From contig JAQGDQ010000115.1 of NCBI GenBank assembly GCA_030141605.1, forward strand, positions 496,001-560,000: a DNA stretch of 64,000 nt. The letters run 5' to 3'. This stretch comes from Tubiluchus corallicola (lineage: Eukaryota > Animalia > Priapulida). Position 1 is the stretch's first letter. Each line of letters starts with the position of its first letter. The translations under genes and the position numbers were made by a program. Positions 1-12,489 of the stretch are shown here, piece after piece. The notes beneath the pieces are model-generated. The model was not told the origin of the DNA, did not search any database, and worked only from the letters and a program-made list of their open reading frames with translations.

Positions 1-405
1 ATAACAATTATGAAATCAAAGTTAATTAGTTAGCGAATAAAACCCACCTGAAAAAACTTAATTTCATCAAATGCAGTGTCAATGCAAAATCGGCTTTATC
101 ATAATCAAGTGCGGCTATCAAAATGAAAAGGAATTAAATTCCAAATGTAGTTATTGATTAACAGTTTTGTAACTAATCAGTTCTGTCTCTTATGTATAGT
201 GTTTTCTTACATATGTTTTTATAGTCCAAGAGTTCTCAAAAATTGACTGATACATTGAATTTGCATTTTTGGTATTTTTTACGCTAATCTATTTTTGTGC
301 TGAAAATTGGTCATTGGTCGCGGAAATTATCGCACATTTTTGAATTTTGCCACATACTGTCTAGAATTAGTAATAAATCCTTAATGTGTTTTGTTTATGT
401 TTTAG

Positions 406-1664
406 GTTGTAAAATCAAAGCATTGAGGGCCAAGACCAATACGTACATCAAGACTCCGGTGCGAGGCGAAGAGCCCGTGTTTGTCGTCACTGGAAGGAAA
501 GAGGACGTGGGAGCGGCAAAAAGGGAGATTTTGTCTGCTGCAGAGCACTTCAGTCAGATCAGGGCATCAAGGAAGAATGGCATCACTACGGGAAGTAGTG
601 GGACAACAAATGGTCTCTCAGGTCCACCAAATCCCGGTACTCCAGGCCAGACGACAATCCAGGTACGAGTTCCATATAGAGTTGTGGGGCTTGTTGTTGG
701 TCCTAAGGGGGCCACAATTAAGCGCATACAGCAGCAAACACACACATACATAGTCACACCCAGTCGCGACAAAGAACCAGTATTTGAAGTGACCGGACTT
801 CCGGAGAATGTGGAAAGTGCTCGGCGAGAGATTGAGGCTCACATTGCGGCACGCACAGGCGGAGTCATGGACGGAAATGAGGAAAATGAGTTTCACCACA
901 ATGGCATCAATAATGGCATGGAGACCTTCCGGGCTAGTCCAAACGATCTTGTCGGCACCATGTACAAGACCGGATCTACCAACTCTGCCTTTACCTCTTA
1001 TGACAGCAATAACATTTTCAGCCCATCTTCTACTCAAGACACAAGCATTTTCACATTTCCACACGCTAATGGGTCGTCTAAGATCGCTGACCCAAGCGCG
1101 TTTAGTAATGGCTTCGGAGTTTATGAGACAGACGAAGGAATCGGTTCTCCAAGTTTCGATCCCTCAGCTCCTCCACCGAGCAGCAGCCCATTCATGTGGC
1201 CGTCAACTTCAGTGACACTTTTCGGAAATACAATCACCACCAACAGCATGAGCTTTATGGGGCCCCGTAGCACAAGCTTGAATGGTGTTACTCCGCCTCG
1301 CCTGTCTCCGACGTTGGACATCGACCATCCTCCAGCCCGCCGCATCCACAGCGATCCCATTGCTGCCGGCAGATTGGCAACCGTATTGCCAAATTTCACT
1401 TCGCTGCCAAATGGTGGCGTACAGTTCCCCTCGTCAAGTGCCAGCGGTAGTGTGTCGAGCAGTCCGACCGATTCAACCGGATCAAGGCGCAAGAGTTGCC
1501 GCGACTGCATCTTGTGTTTCGACAGCGAGGTCGTCGCAGCGTTGGTCCCTTGTGGACACAACCTCTTCTGCATGCAGTGTGCCAAGAGCCTGTGCGAAAA
1601 ACCAGATGCAAATTGCCCAGTATGTCACAACCCCGTCTCTCAGGCACTACGCATCTTTCCATAA
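406..1664 (+). CDS. MEX3: MEX3-family RNA-binding E3 ubiquitin ligase, terminal coding exon (second half of KH1, KH2, Ser/Pro-rich linker, C3HC4 RING)
   Basis: Translation gives GCKIKALRAKTNTYIKTPVRGEEPVFVVTGRKEDV (KH1), VRVPYRVVGLVVGPKGATIKRIQQQTHTYIVTPSR (KH2 with GxxG) and CILCFDSEVVAALVPCGHNLFCMQC..CPVC (RING). A splice acceptor ttgtttatgttttag|G (AG at 404-405) is a phase-1 intron within the Gly of G^CKIK, matching the two-exon MEX3 structure. Stop TAA at 1662-1664. Exon 1 lies outside the window. Confidence 0.97.
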
Positions 1665-4500
1665 ATCGTATCATGTATGTATCCCATATATGCACAGCCA
1701 GTAGGCCTATTTTGAGATTACCGTGTATCATACACTTGTTTACTATGTGGAGTTTGCCAAAATATGCATATATAATATATTATATAGTGTACCTGTCTTA
1801 GCATCTCCTGTTACTTGAGCATATATATAAATTTCTATATCGAAAACATCTTAAGATAGATCTACATAATATTGTATAGCTGGGATTATATAGCTGTAAG
1901 AGTGGCCTAAGCGCCTCTTTTGTATCTCATTCATAAAGTACAAAAATTAAAGACTCCTGCTGATGCATTCTTGTGAATGCATGTGTTATTGTGAGATTTA
2001 GTTTTAATATATTATATTTTACCCAGCAGATGTTTTATAGTCAAAAATACTTTATTTTATTCTATACAAATAAATTAATAATTAATGTGAGTGAGAGAGA
2101 GAGAGAGCCCGAGTTAAAGGGACGTTGTGATCAAAATACAATTACAGAAAACAAAGTAAAAAAGTTTTTCCTGTAACTGCCTTGTATAATTAATAGCTCT
2201 TAAGCTTGTATGATTTGTTGCACACGTTAGCTTAGTAATTCTATTTTAATATATATAATTTACTACCATTTTTGTATATGTCGGTGTGATGGCAGAACAT
2301 ATACAGAGTTTTATTTTCAAGCCAAATCTGGGCCTGTGCGTTCTACTCTATCTGCGCTTGTTTTATGTTATTTTTGTGCGCTTTGCCAATCTGTAAGCTT
2401 GTATGTTTGTTGTTACCTGTTTGTTTTTCTGAGCATGCTTCTTTGTGCATGTAGTAGGGGCACTTTTCTAAGCCCCACATATGTAAATTACAGTTATGTA
2501 AAGTATTATTGGTAGTACAGTATAAATTCCGAGACAAAATTATTTTATAGGGGTAAATCGTATAAGTTGTTCCCCTGCCACATGCACGTGCCGCCTGCTG
2601 ACAAATTGACAGGTTGTGTGAAAGCTAAAAGACGATCTTATCATAGTACTTAAACTTTCAAGAGTCTTTTGGCTTGAACACGTTTTGTTGTGAAGTTTGC
2701 ATTGATTTGTTTTTCGCGAGGTAGTCTTCCACCATTATTTGTATATATAAATCAATTTGTCATATGTGTTGAATTAGAATACTATATTACATACATGGTC
2801 AGCTGGCTAGCTTTCACTGGCTGTGGACTGTTATTAGCTATAATTATATTATATAAATTGTAGATCTATAGATATGGTAACGTTAAAAATGTACATCAGC
2901 ATCGTTCATTGCGTGTCAGTCTCTCTGTATGAAATATCACTCCTCAGTAAGGCACTGTTTTATGTTAGTCAATGTATTATGCAAGATACCAAAACTTGTG
3001 GGTGTTGAGGGGGCAAAGTGTGCATATCGTCTGATTGCAGCTGACCAAGCTCAACATATTTCTATCTGGAAATATAACGAAATACGCAATAATCAAAATA
3101 TATGCAGAATCGCCTCTTGTGTTACATTGATACGTATTTATATGATTGTATATTGCTTATTTAAGTCGTTGAATGTGAATTGCTAAGAGTTGTACAATGC
3201 CATGGCTGGTGTTTTACTATTATGATGGTGTCGTTTCGTCGTCATTCACTCAGTGGTGTAGTTTAGGCACAAACCAGCTCATCAATAGCCGATATTTATT
3301 GATTTTTATATAATACCAGTGATATTTCGTGCGTGGTGTTGATGGACCAGTATTGTTGTTTCAAACTTGCCAAGTGCGCCGGAGCGGGGCGTCTCGGGCG
3401 TTCAAGTTTCTGACTATTAGTTGAACTTTTTGCTTTAATCTCACGTACTAAACTAGTTCTACTTCCACTCTGCTAGTTTGAAACTCTCAACAATAGGCAA
3501 TTGTGTGGGCGCAAATGACACCTTCACTAAAACTGTTCTATTCCTGGTGTATTGTTGCCCATTCTCTCAACGAACCAGTGATTTATCTGGGCAGAAGAGG
3601 GGATGGGGGAGACAGACATGCCCAGAAAAACTGAATGGGTAACTTCACTAATCGAGTTAATTTATTAAACAGTTTTTTGTGTTCTTAATCAGGTTCTCTA
3701 TTTTCTTTTCTTATCATGTATTACATCTTGGCGGAGCAATTACGAATTAAACTCACCAATGCCACCATGTTCTTGTCATTTTCTTTTACAGTTTTGTGGC
3801 TATACGCGTGTTTTTTATGTTTTCTTTTTACATTTTTATTTTCTTGCCACGAGTTTTGCCATTGACTAATTTGCAAAAATACATACTCTGTGAGTCTGTA
3901 ATTCTGTGTTATATTTTGATGCATTTTAATTTTACCAACTTCGCAAAAAGTTTTATCATCAAATTTGTTTTTAGAACTTTAGAAAAAAATAAACTTAGAA
4001 TAAAAAAGTCCTGTTTATGTTAGTCTCTTTAGGTGCTCAAAACTCGTGCATCAGTATTTCTGAATAACTAATTATCGATTTTATTTGCCTTTGTTGAAAG
4101 GCGACTTAAGTTCTCGTAAGGTTTATTCGTTGAGCTGGTTTAATAGTAGTAAAAAGATTTTCATATTATGAATGAATTATCTAAATATGCAATACTGTTG
4201 TGCTTTTAGATATAATATTATAAAGTCATACAATGGCTTTTAGTTTTTTCACTGTGTTTCCAGGGTTGTGTATCATCTATGGTTTGTTGGATGTGTTCCC
4301 AAAGAGATAATGATATAAGTAAAATATTATAGTTCCAAGCTAAATAATAATTTCCATATATTTTTATTATTCATGTTTATTACCCTATGAACAAATGTAT
4401 TTTGAAGTTTAAGATTACCTCTTTTGTGTGAGAGTTTAAACGTACTTAAAGATGATAATAATATATGTTAATTTTTCATTAAAATATGAACATTTGCTAT
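1665..4500 (+). other. Putative long 3'UTR of MEX3
   Basis: Repeat-free, T/TG-rich sequence after the stop. Candidate polyA signals are AATAAA near 2069, 3988 and 3999, and ATTAAA at 4478-4483 followed by a T-rich tract. The end coordinate is inferred. Confidence 0.55.
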
Positions 4501-5988
4501 TTTATTTTTCAGACTGTGAATTATGACACGTATAGATAAGTAAAATGTCTTTCTTAAAAAATACTAATAACTTTAATTGTTTCATTTGCGAACTGTTAAG
4601 ATTTTCACTTGTTTGTAGATTATGGTCAAGTTGACTGAACTCTCTAGTGAAGAGTAGCTGGCAGACAGTGCATTGATCCAAACACATTTTACAACGCGAA
4701 TACAGTACAGCCTGCACTAATATAGTAGTAATATGTATTTACGCGATTGCTAGTTTATTTTTGTGCAAAGGGCAACTTCACTCCGTTCATTAATCTCGCG
4801 CTATACTATAACTGGTAGTGCCATTGATATTTACGCTTTGGTTACGTCAACCAGACGATATAAGTAGTTTGGGATCGTTTCAAGTTTAGAGGGGTGTTAA
4901 GCAAATTAATTTTGACAAATTGTTCTGATGAAGTAATCGTATTTGGTGTTTGCAACAAGTAACACGACTCGATGCGAACCACGTTGGTCTGACGTTAATA
5001 CAGCATGCAGTGTTATCGGTAGCCTATTTCCAAGTGTACAGAGACTTAATCACTAACATCTGTGTGCTCCGGTTTCGAAAAGGAATGGGGTTACCGCTTG
5101 TTGTTGCTGAGTTCTGACATCGTGTGCTGTACATGCTAGCCTGCCCGTTGGTTGAAAAACACGACGTGCGCATTTGGCAATAATTTCTGATTGAAAAATT
5201 ACTCTAAGGTCGCGAGTCGTTTGAGTTGGGGGCTCCAAGAAAAATCGTGGAGAGATGTATCGATCGGCTGTGGTTCTACGCTTAAATGCTTTCTATCTGT
5301 TTATACATGTTTTCAGTCTACAGGACTGTAGCCATATTATGGCTTGCCTCAAACTTCATTACGCTAATTCGATTTCGTCCGAATGGAACATCTATAATCA
5401 TTTACTAGCAATTTCGCCATTACAATTCTGTATACACACAGATTGATTTAGGATTTGAGACTGGCACTGTATTTGGTCCGCTCTCAGCGGGTTTGTATTG
5501 CGGTTAATAGTTACAATATATGACAGCGACCTAAAACTTTCAGTCGTAATTTGAAAAAGCGAAATGCATACCGAGCGACTTTTTGACGTGTTAATTTCAT
5601 AAATGCCGCAAGCTTAGTTCCGCGGGCGTTTTTTCTTAAGCATTTGTCATTTTGGAATTTAATTTTTCGCGCAACAACTAACGTTACACAACCGTGACCT
5701 ATTGGTTTACTGTTCACCGTCTGCAGCCTAATTTTTGGGCCACAAAGGCGGTTAGAATGAATAATTACTTTTTGTTTAACTAGTTTATACTGGGTCAACA
5801 ATGCATGAAGTTTGGATAAAATTTTCACATAAGGTAAAGTCTGTTTTAAAAGCAAAAAACACGCTGCTGTATTTTGAAAATCCACTCTAATACTGTACGT
5901 GTTGAAACCGCAGAAAATCGCGCTCACGAAATATTTTGAAAACGACGAATATCTGGATCGAATCTGGTTTTCAGGATCTTTTAGAACA

Positions 5989-6247
5989 TAAGTCCAAGTT
6001 CTTGACTGGTGTGTTAGATTTTAAGACAAGTCCAATTCTATCCTGATAGATGACGTACAAACTTATAAAGGATTTGGATCAATCATGCCACGGGGTTTAT
6101 AAGGTTTAAACGTTAGCATATCTCGACTCAAGGCGCAATTTTCATTTTTTGATATTTTTGTTTAACAACATGACAGGTACAATTTTAAACAGAAGTTTGA
6201 ATGATGGAAACAACTATAAAACATCGGTGATTAAGAACTTGGACTTA
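5989..6247. mobile_element. ~260 bp MITE
   Basis: Perfect 15-bp inverted repeat TAAGTCCAAGTTCTT (5989-6003) / AAGAACTTGGACTTA (6233-6247), with weaker inward extension. Ends are TA/TAA. Confidence 0.55.
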
Positions 6248-7024
6248 ACCAACTGAGTTCAATTCCGATCTTTCATATTTTCATTCTTTATAACCGTATT
6301 TTCATAAGTGAATTGAAACTCTGTTCCCGCCTCGTAAAATCGCCTATACAGTGAAGTAACTACGTGTAGAAGACTCAGTTTACTCTCTGTGTATTGAGAC
6401 CTGTAAATCGGAACGCAGCTGCTGCTGTTGCAGTTGCTACGACCTCGAAGCAGAACGTTGGAACAAAGGCTTTTGTTAGCAGCTTGCTAGCGCCACGTGG
6501 CTGATCAGTCATGTACGTCGCTTAGATTTCCCGCCAACTTTAGTAACGTGAAATGTTCTTATGCACGTGTGCTATTCAAGCCTTCTGTTAAATGCCGTAG
6601 TTGCAAAATGTGCTTATTTTACATCATTGGTCTTCGCAGACAGTTGTTAGCTTCTGTTTATACGCACTATACTCTTACAACAGTCTGCAAATACTGGGCC
6701 ATAAATGTGCTCTCACGGGAGTCCTACTACGTTATAATTATTGTTTTGAATCGATATTAATGACCACATTAGCTACTCCGGGTACATGAAAACTTTATAA
6801 GTAAAACAGCAACAACAAAAATGACACAGTAAGAACACTTAGAATTATTGTTTTGAACCAATTACAATTCCCATGGCACTGAAGAAAATCATGAAATCAG
6901 TTTTCACCCAGCAATTCTCATGTACGTCCTCATGATGTGAATATTTTTCTGGCATGTTTGATTACGTTTATTGTTCGCGTTTTCTGTACAAACACTAAAA
7001 CGAACCACTTATTGAAAATGTGCG

Positions 7025-7038
7025 GTTACCATGACAAC
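7025..7038. promoter_or_regulatory. RFX X-box-like motif
   Basis: GTTACCATGACAAC versus consensus GTTNCCATGGNAAC. It may instead be part of a decayed repeat. Confidence 0.3.
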
Positions 7039-8155
7039 CAAATGCTTCTTCACAATATCGATTTTTTATCGATGAATTTGATTACCACAATGTAAAAACT
7101 TTACAGTTTAATACTGATTCGTGTACCCAAATTAATTACATTATTGATGCCAAGTCATCAATACAGAGCTTGGCCTATTTGGATATAACTGTACTAGATT
7201 AAAAACCGCCCACGGCGCTGGCTATAAATTAACTGCCGTTTGATGAGCTGCGTCCGTCTACCGGTCAGTGGTCACCCGTCGATAGCCATTGGCCACAGGT
7301 GAATTACCTGACTATTAGGTTATAAGTTCACAGGAACTTGAAATCGCTTAACAAGCTGCAATTTAATGCTGCGATGATTTTGGGATTCGAAAAAAGCCTG
7401 GGAACAGAATGTTTTCTTTTCAGAGGATTTTCAACATTAGGTTATTGGATTTTGATGTTCGCATGTGTCAGTACCATAAGCTTACTTCACGATGCACTTG
7501 CAGTTACAGGACAAAGAAGTTAACAGTTATAATGTGGTAACATGGGTGCCGTGCGCAACCTGACATACAATCTCGCTTGATGACTGCAATCCATATTCAT
7601 TCAACGCAGTGTAGGGTTGTTTGGATAACAGTAGACATGAGTCATTCCCGCGGCGCTGATAGGGCCAGCCTCGACTATTATCTTCAGGGGTAAAGCCGGT
7701 AGCAAGTAATCCAAACTCGCCTAACAGCGCATTTTGTTGGCAAAGTGCCAAGTGCCGTTCGTACTGCACTTACTGTACATGAAAATATTTAATAAACGTC
7801 AAGATATTCGCAGTAGATACATTTGATCACTGAAATCCATACGTTAGTGGCCATTTGACCTAGTTTTCAGGAATTAACAGCTACAAAACTAAAATGAAAT
7901 TTTCATTTTTATGTAGAAAGTATTTTTTATTTTAATATTTTACGATTTACAAATATATTATGGCAACACACAATAGTTTCATAGTGTAAAAACATGCTGA
8001 ACAAAGAAATGTTTCCGGTTTTAACCAATGGCTGAAACTTGCTAAGGTTGTTCAAGAAAAGAAGGTACAAGAAAAAAAAGATTTTTGTTTATTCAAATTG
8101 ATGATTAAGATGATCAAATTGATGACTGTGCATTTACCTGAGCCTATACGAAGCA

Positions 8156-8673
8156 TTAAAACCCCGTCACATCAGATGATGATCATAAACAATCTTTGCG
8201 AAATAAAGAATTTCTCGATAATCGTGGCCAAATCTCGGAAAATCATTGCAAAGTAAAAAAGAATTGCTTTTTCCACGATGTCATTGGCTTCTTCCCCGCT
8301 GTACTGCAATCGTCATGAACGTATAGTGACATTGTACTACCAGCGCAAGACAGGCCCGAACAAGCTATGAAATTATAGCCCTGATACAAATACGATGGTA
8401 CAATGTCAGTAAGGGCTAGTACCATGGAGTGACACTTATGAGACGATTATATCGTCCGAATCACGCCCATCTTCGGTTTCTTAACTGATCTATTTCTTCC
8501 CCGATCTCGCGGCAATGACTTCGAACATGCTCAAAAATTTTCTGCGACCGCGAAGAACTTCGCGTGCCTAGCCGTTTCAGTTACGTTGTTTCTAAGATTT
8601 AGAACATATTGCGGTGATTTGACGGAGACTGGCTCATGTTTAAAGTCTTCTGTGGGTGTGACGGAGGTATTAA
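8156..8673. mobile_element. PIF/Harbinger-like non-autonomous MITE (~515 bp)
   Basis: Left end TTAAAACCCCGTCACA; right end TGTGACGGAGGTATTAA (reverse complement TTAATACCTCCGTCACA). TTA/TAA flanks, CpG-rich interior and an internal AACATGCTCAAAAATTT motif. Superfamily inferred from TIR/TSD style. Confidence 0.7.
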
Positions 8674-9062
8674 GTCGATCTTAAAATTACATGAATCATT
8701 ACGCGAAAGTGAAATGTTGACTGTGTTGTTGTTTCTATAATGATATTGATCGTCTGATACGGACGCAAAGTCATGTAATTTATCATACAGAACATTTTGT
8801 TATTTACAATGTAGCAGTTTGGCAATAAAGGTTTTATAAAGAGCATTTCTTCAGCAAAGACGGAAAGGACTGCCGTGATGAATTTATGACCACGAACGTT
8901 CAGAATGCAAACAGCTTCCATATCTTCAGGCAGTCGTTATTGGTAATAACTGGCGTGCCCCTTACGGGCCCCAATAATGGGTGTTAAATTTCACAACCAC
9001 GAGGCACAGATGTGCAGAGTTTACTGGTGTGCAAGGTGCAATAGATATTTTGTGGGTTTCGA

Positions 9063-10960
9063 TCTGCCACCTACAGATTGGATTAGGCCTATTCCCGCCA
9101 TTTTATGGAAACAGACTATGGTATAGGTAGATGCCTATTAGTCAGTTCATTTTTTGTCGCCGTGTCTTCAAACTGGGGTGTAAGACCAGTAAAATCAGTA
9201 CTAGACTCCTAATAATAGTCTGGACAGCGTTGTCCAGTTTCTAATAACGTTGTCTAATAATAGTCCAATTTATAGTGGCTACCCCCCCCCCCATTATTCG
9301 TAGGACAGTTGGCTACTATTGATTTTAACGTCTAATAAAAAATTTATACATAAAATGTATTCATTATTTCTGAGGAAACAACCGCCTATTATCGAATTTC
9401 TCTAATTCATTTAAAGTACCGGCGATTATTTTTTTCTTGGCTTCAAGAAACACAATCCCACTTAAGCACTGCTACACATTTCAGGTGTCAGTTAAACTCA
9501 GTTTGTGATAACATAATGATAACATAGTATAGGCTGTAAACGACAACAAGAACACATTGCACCCTCTAGCGGCAAAAAAGTAAAAGTATGTCGCGTTCGC
9601 ATCACACTTAATATTATTGATTTTTAACAGTTCGAACAACTGAAGCTAATTAGGGTCAATTCCTTGTACGCGTTCAAGGTGTAAAAATAATTTACTGTCT
9701 ATTTATATTGAAAGTATATTAATTTCTCTTATAACAATGGTTACTGTCCGTTCCGAAATGAACATTTTTTGTAATTCAGAAAAGGCATTAGAAAATACAC
9801 CGGACTGTAACAATGAGGACACTGAGGCGATGATGACAATGGTAATTGCGGTAGTATATAGGGCCCATAATAACTAGATTATATGATAGGAAGTTTTATG
9901 ATTGATTACATCTAAATCCTGTGAAATATTGAAACGCATACCGAACGATATATCCTGAAAACAGTTCATTAAGTAACTAATCAAATATTGATAAACCCAC
10001 AGTAAACTAGTATGATTAGTTTTCCAGGCATTTTTGATGTCTTGTACTGGGTATAACAGAAGGCATAGGAAACAAAACAGTCTGAAATTTGAAGTGTTTT
10101 TTTACATAGCATTTGTCGCAGCTTTTAGTCAGAAGTTTTTGCGTTTTTACGTAACAGACTTTTTCACACGTGAATATGCGATCGTGGAAATTCTCGTTCT
10201 AAGCCAGCACGATTAAACACGTAAACTAATATTTACGAATTTGAGATTAAAACTTGGCCATCCTAAACAAATAACGTGTTATGCAAGGAAGTAACCGTTT
10301 CGAAAGGTTTAATTTCGTCATTCGCGAGGAGAAAGTGTTTAATATAAAAAATATGGAACTACAGGTCATACGTAGCGCCATCTTTAGCACAAGAAATACG
10401 GAAAATGTCCGTAAAACTAGTTAGGCTAATTGTGGTCTCATCTGTACTTATTTGACTTGCTGTCAGTTACGGGACTACTACCTGCTTGCTTTTAGTGTTG
10501 CATTTCTTTCGACACTTTACAAACTTCTATGCTAAAATTATATAGTTTTCTGCAATTATGTAATCACTATAAATCTACAGCCAGTTATTACATGTGTTAT
10601 CGACTTATCGTCCTCGTTGCGATCTGGTACGTTCGGTACCAGCACTCAGCAATTAATGAATTACGGCATAATTATAAGAATATTTATTCACAAAAGATCG
10701 CAAATACGGTTATATACAAAAACAGATGCAGTTCTCAGTACAAAGAATTAACAAATTACAACAACTTGTTTATTCTAGTGAAAAACTTAGTAGATGTTTA
10801 GTGCATGAAAATCATAATTCTTATAACGTCACTCTATCCTGTTTTTGTACGTCTAAAGTGGAACGCGGATTATCGTCCAATAAATATTTTCGTGCGTTGG
10901 AATGCGGTGCCTAGCGGTATTTATAACCTGCTATGACGTAACACGCCTGCAGAGGGTCAC
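9063..10960. promoter_or_regulatory. Cluster of four CTCF-like motifs (putative insulator/boundary)
   Basis: Minus strand: TCTGTAGGTGGCAGA (9063-9077), TGCCGCTAGAGGGTGCA (9558-9574), GCTAAAGATGGCGCTA (10373-10388). Plus strand: CCTGCAGAGGGTCAC (10946-10960). Consensus core CCASYAGRKGGCRSY. Confidence 0.4.
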
Positions 10961-12489
10961 ACGTCAACATGAGCTTCTGTGATGAAACCATGGAAGGAAA
11001 GGATGTACGACAGCGAGAAAAGAGAAGATTCCCGTTTAAACTTGTTTACTGCGAAGTGATCTGCTACAGCCTACAGTAAACAAGCGGATTTCAGAAGGCT
11101 GCATAGCCTCATTACCTAGTTAATTAATATTTAAAGCCACAATGACACACCACCTATATATTTGCCTTAATTCTTAGAATTCAAAAGTGTTGATTCAAAT
11201 CAGCTAAAAAGAGCTCTGCGTTGCGTGAATCACAAAAACGCTAAAATAGATACACAAACAAAATTAATATTGTAATTAAAAATCTTTAACTTTTGTTGGG
11301 TGGTCATCATGTAGAGGTTGTGCGATTCGAGACACGGTCTGCACGTTCCAAAATCTAGAAGAATTTTCTTTGGTATATATAATTATATATATATATATAT
11401 ATATTCTTTAGTATTACATATTACATATGTATATACAATACATATATACATTTACTTTACATTACATAATATATATATATGTGTGTGTGTTAGTGCAAAA
11501 AATCTGTAATTGTAAATACATGCAACCATATATATATGTTATTAATTACACATACATATTAATTATGTTATAAATTTTGTTTGTGCATCTATCTAGCTTT
11601 TTTGTAGTGCCAAAATTAATAATTGTGAGTACATTCTCACATGGAAGGAAGTGATGTTTATTTTTTGGACCATCTTGCATTTCATCGCCCTGAATGGTTC
11701 TGTGCAAGCCTGAAGCCACTGGTATGACATCATCATGAAACGACCGTTCGCATTTGTGCTTGCAAGAAACTGTAAAAGGGTAGTAAAAGGCTGCATTCTG
11801 ATATGGGGACATTTAATTAAGTCCATTCTCAAGCTACAAAACATAACAAGTTGAGACCTGTTCAAATGTCGCGATCGATCGTAAAACTGTTAACAACCGC
11901 AAAGCATAATAAAATATCCTAGATGCTAGTTAAAATGTAAATGCCAACATCTATTTCCAGTGTCCATAAAGTCGATAATACGATCCACTATTTCAAATTA
12001 ATCAACGTCGTACGTTTTTATGAGTGTCTTCGTTATCAGACGGCTTGTTAGTTGTTAGTCATAACGAAGAAGGCCTTTTTAGTGTTCCATTTCATCTGCT
12101 TGGCTTCGTGGCAACTGTCTTTTCTGTGAAAACTTCGAGAGGCAAGTTAAAAAGTTTTTGGGATACACAAAAAAGCGGGCTTCAATAGCTCTATTTCAAC
12201 ATAAATATGACAGACACAGCAGCAGTTTTCATTATTACGAGGGCTACTGCATGGATTGATAATATCAAGCACCACGATAGACTGTGATTGGAAAGTACGT
12301 AGCCGTAGCCGTAGTAGTGCGGTAACTGTGTTAACGGTAACGGTAACACAGTTTTAGCTCGCCGTGGTGTGGATTTAAGCAATCGTAATTATTTTGTTCC
12401 TTACATTTAACCACCAAGATGGATTTTAGGAACTCAAGACAAGTCTGACACCACAGTACTCTGCAAGCACTTATTTTATTCTTGAAAGT

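Noticed and set aside
297-405. N-terminal 36 aa of the 455-aa ORF
   Set aside because: Intronic read-through: GTG start, no MEX3 similarity, and a canonical acceptor at 404-405.
481-1801. Overlapping alternative-frame and antisense ORFs across the MEX3 exon
   Set aside because: Expected shadows of a GC-richer coding exon; no recognisable motifs.
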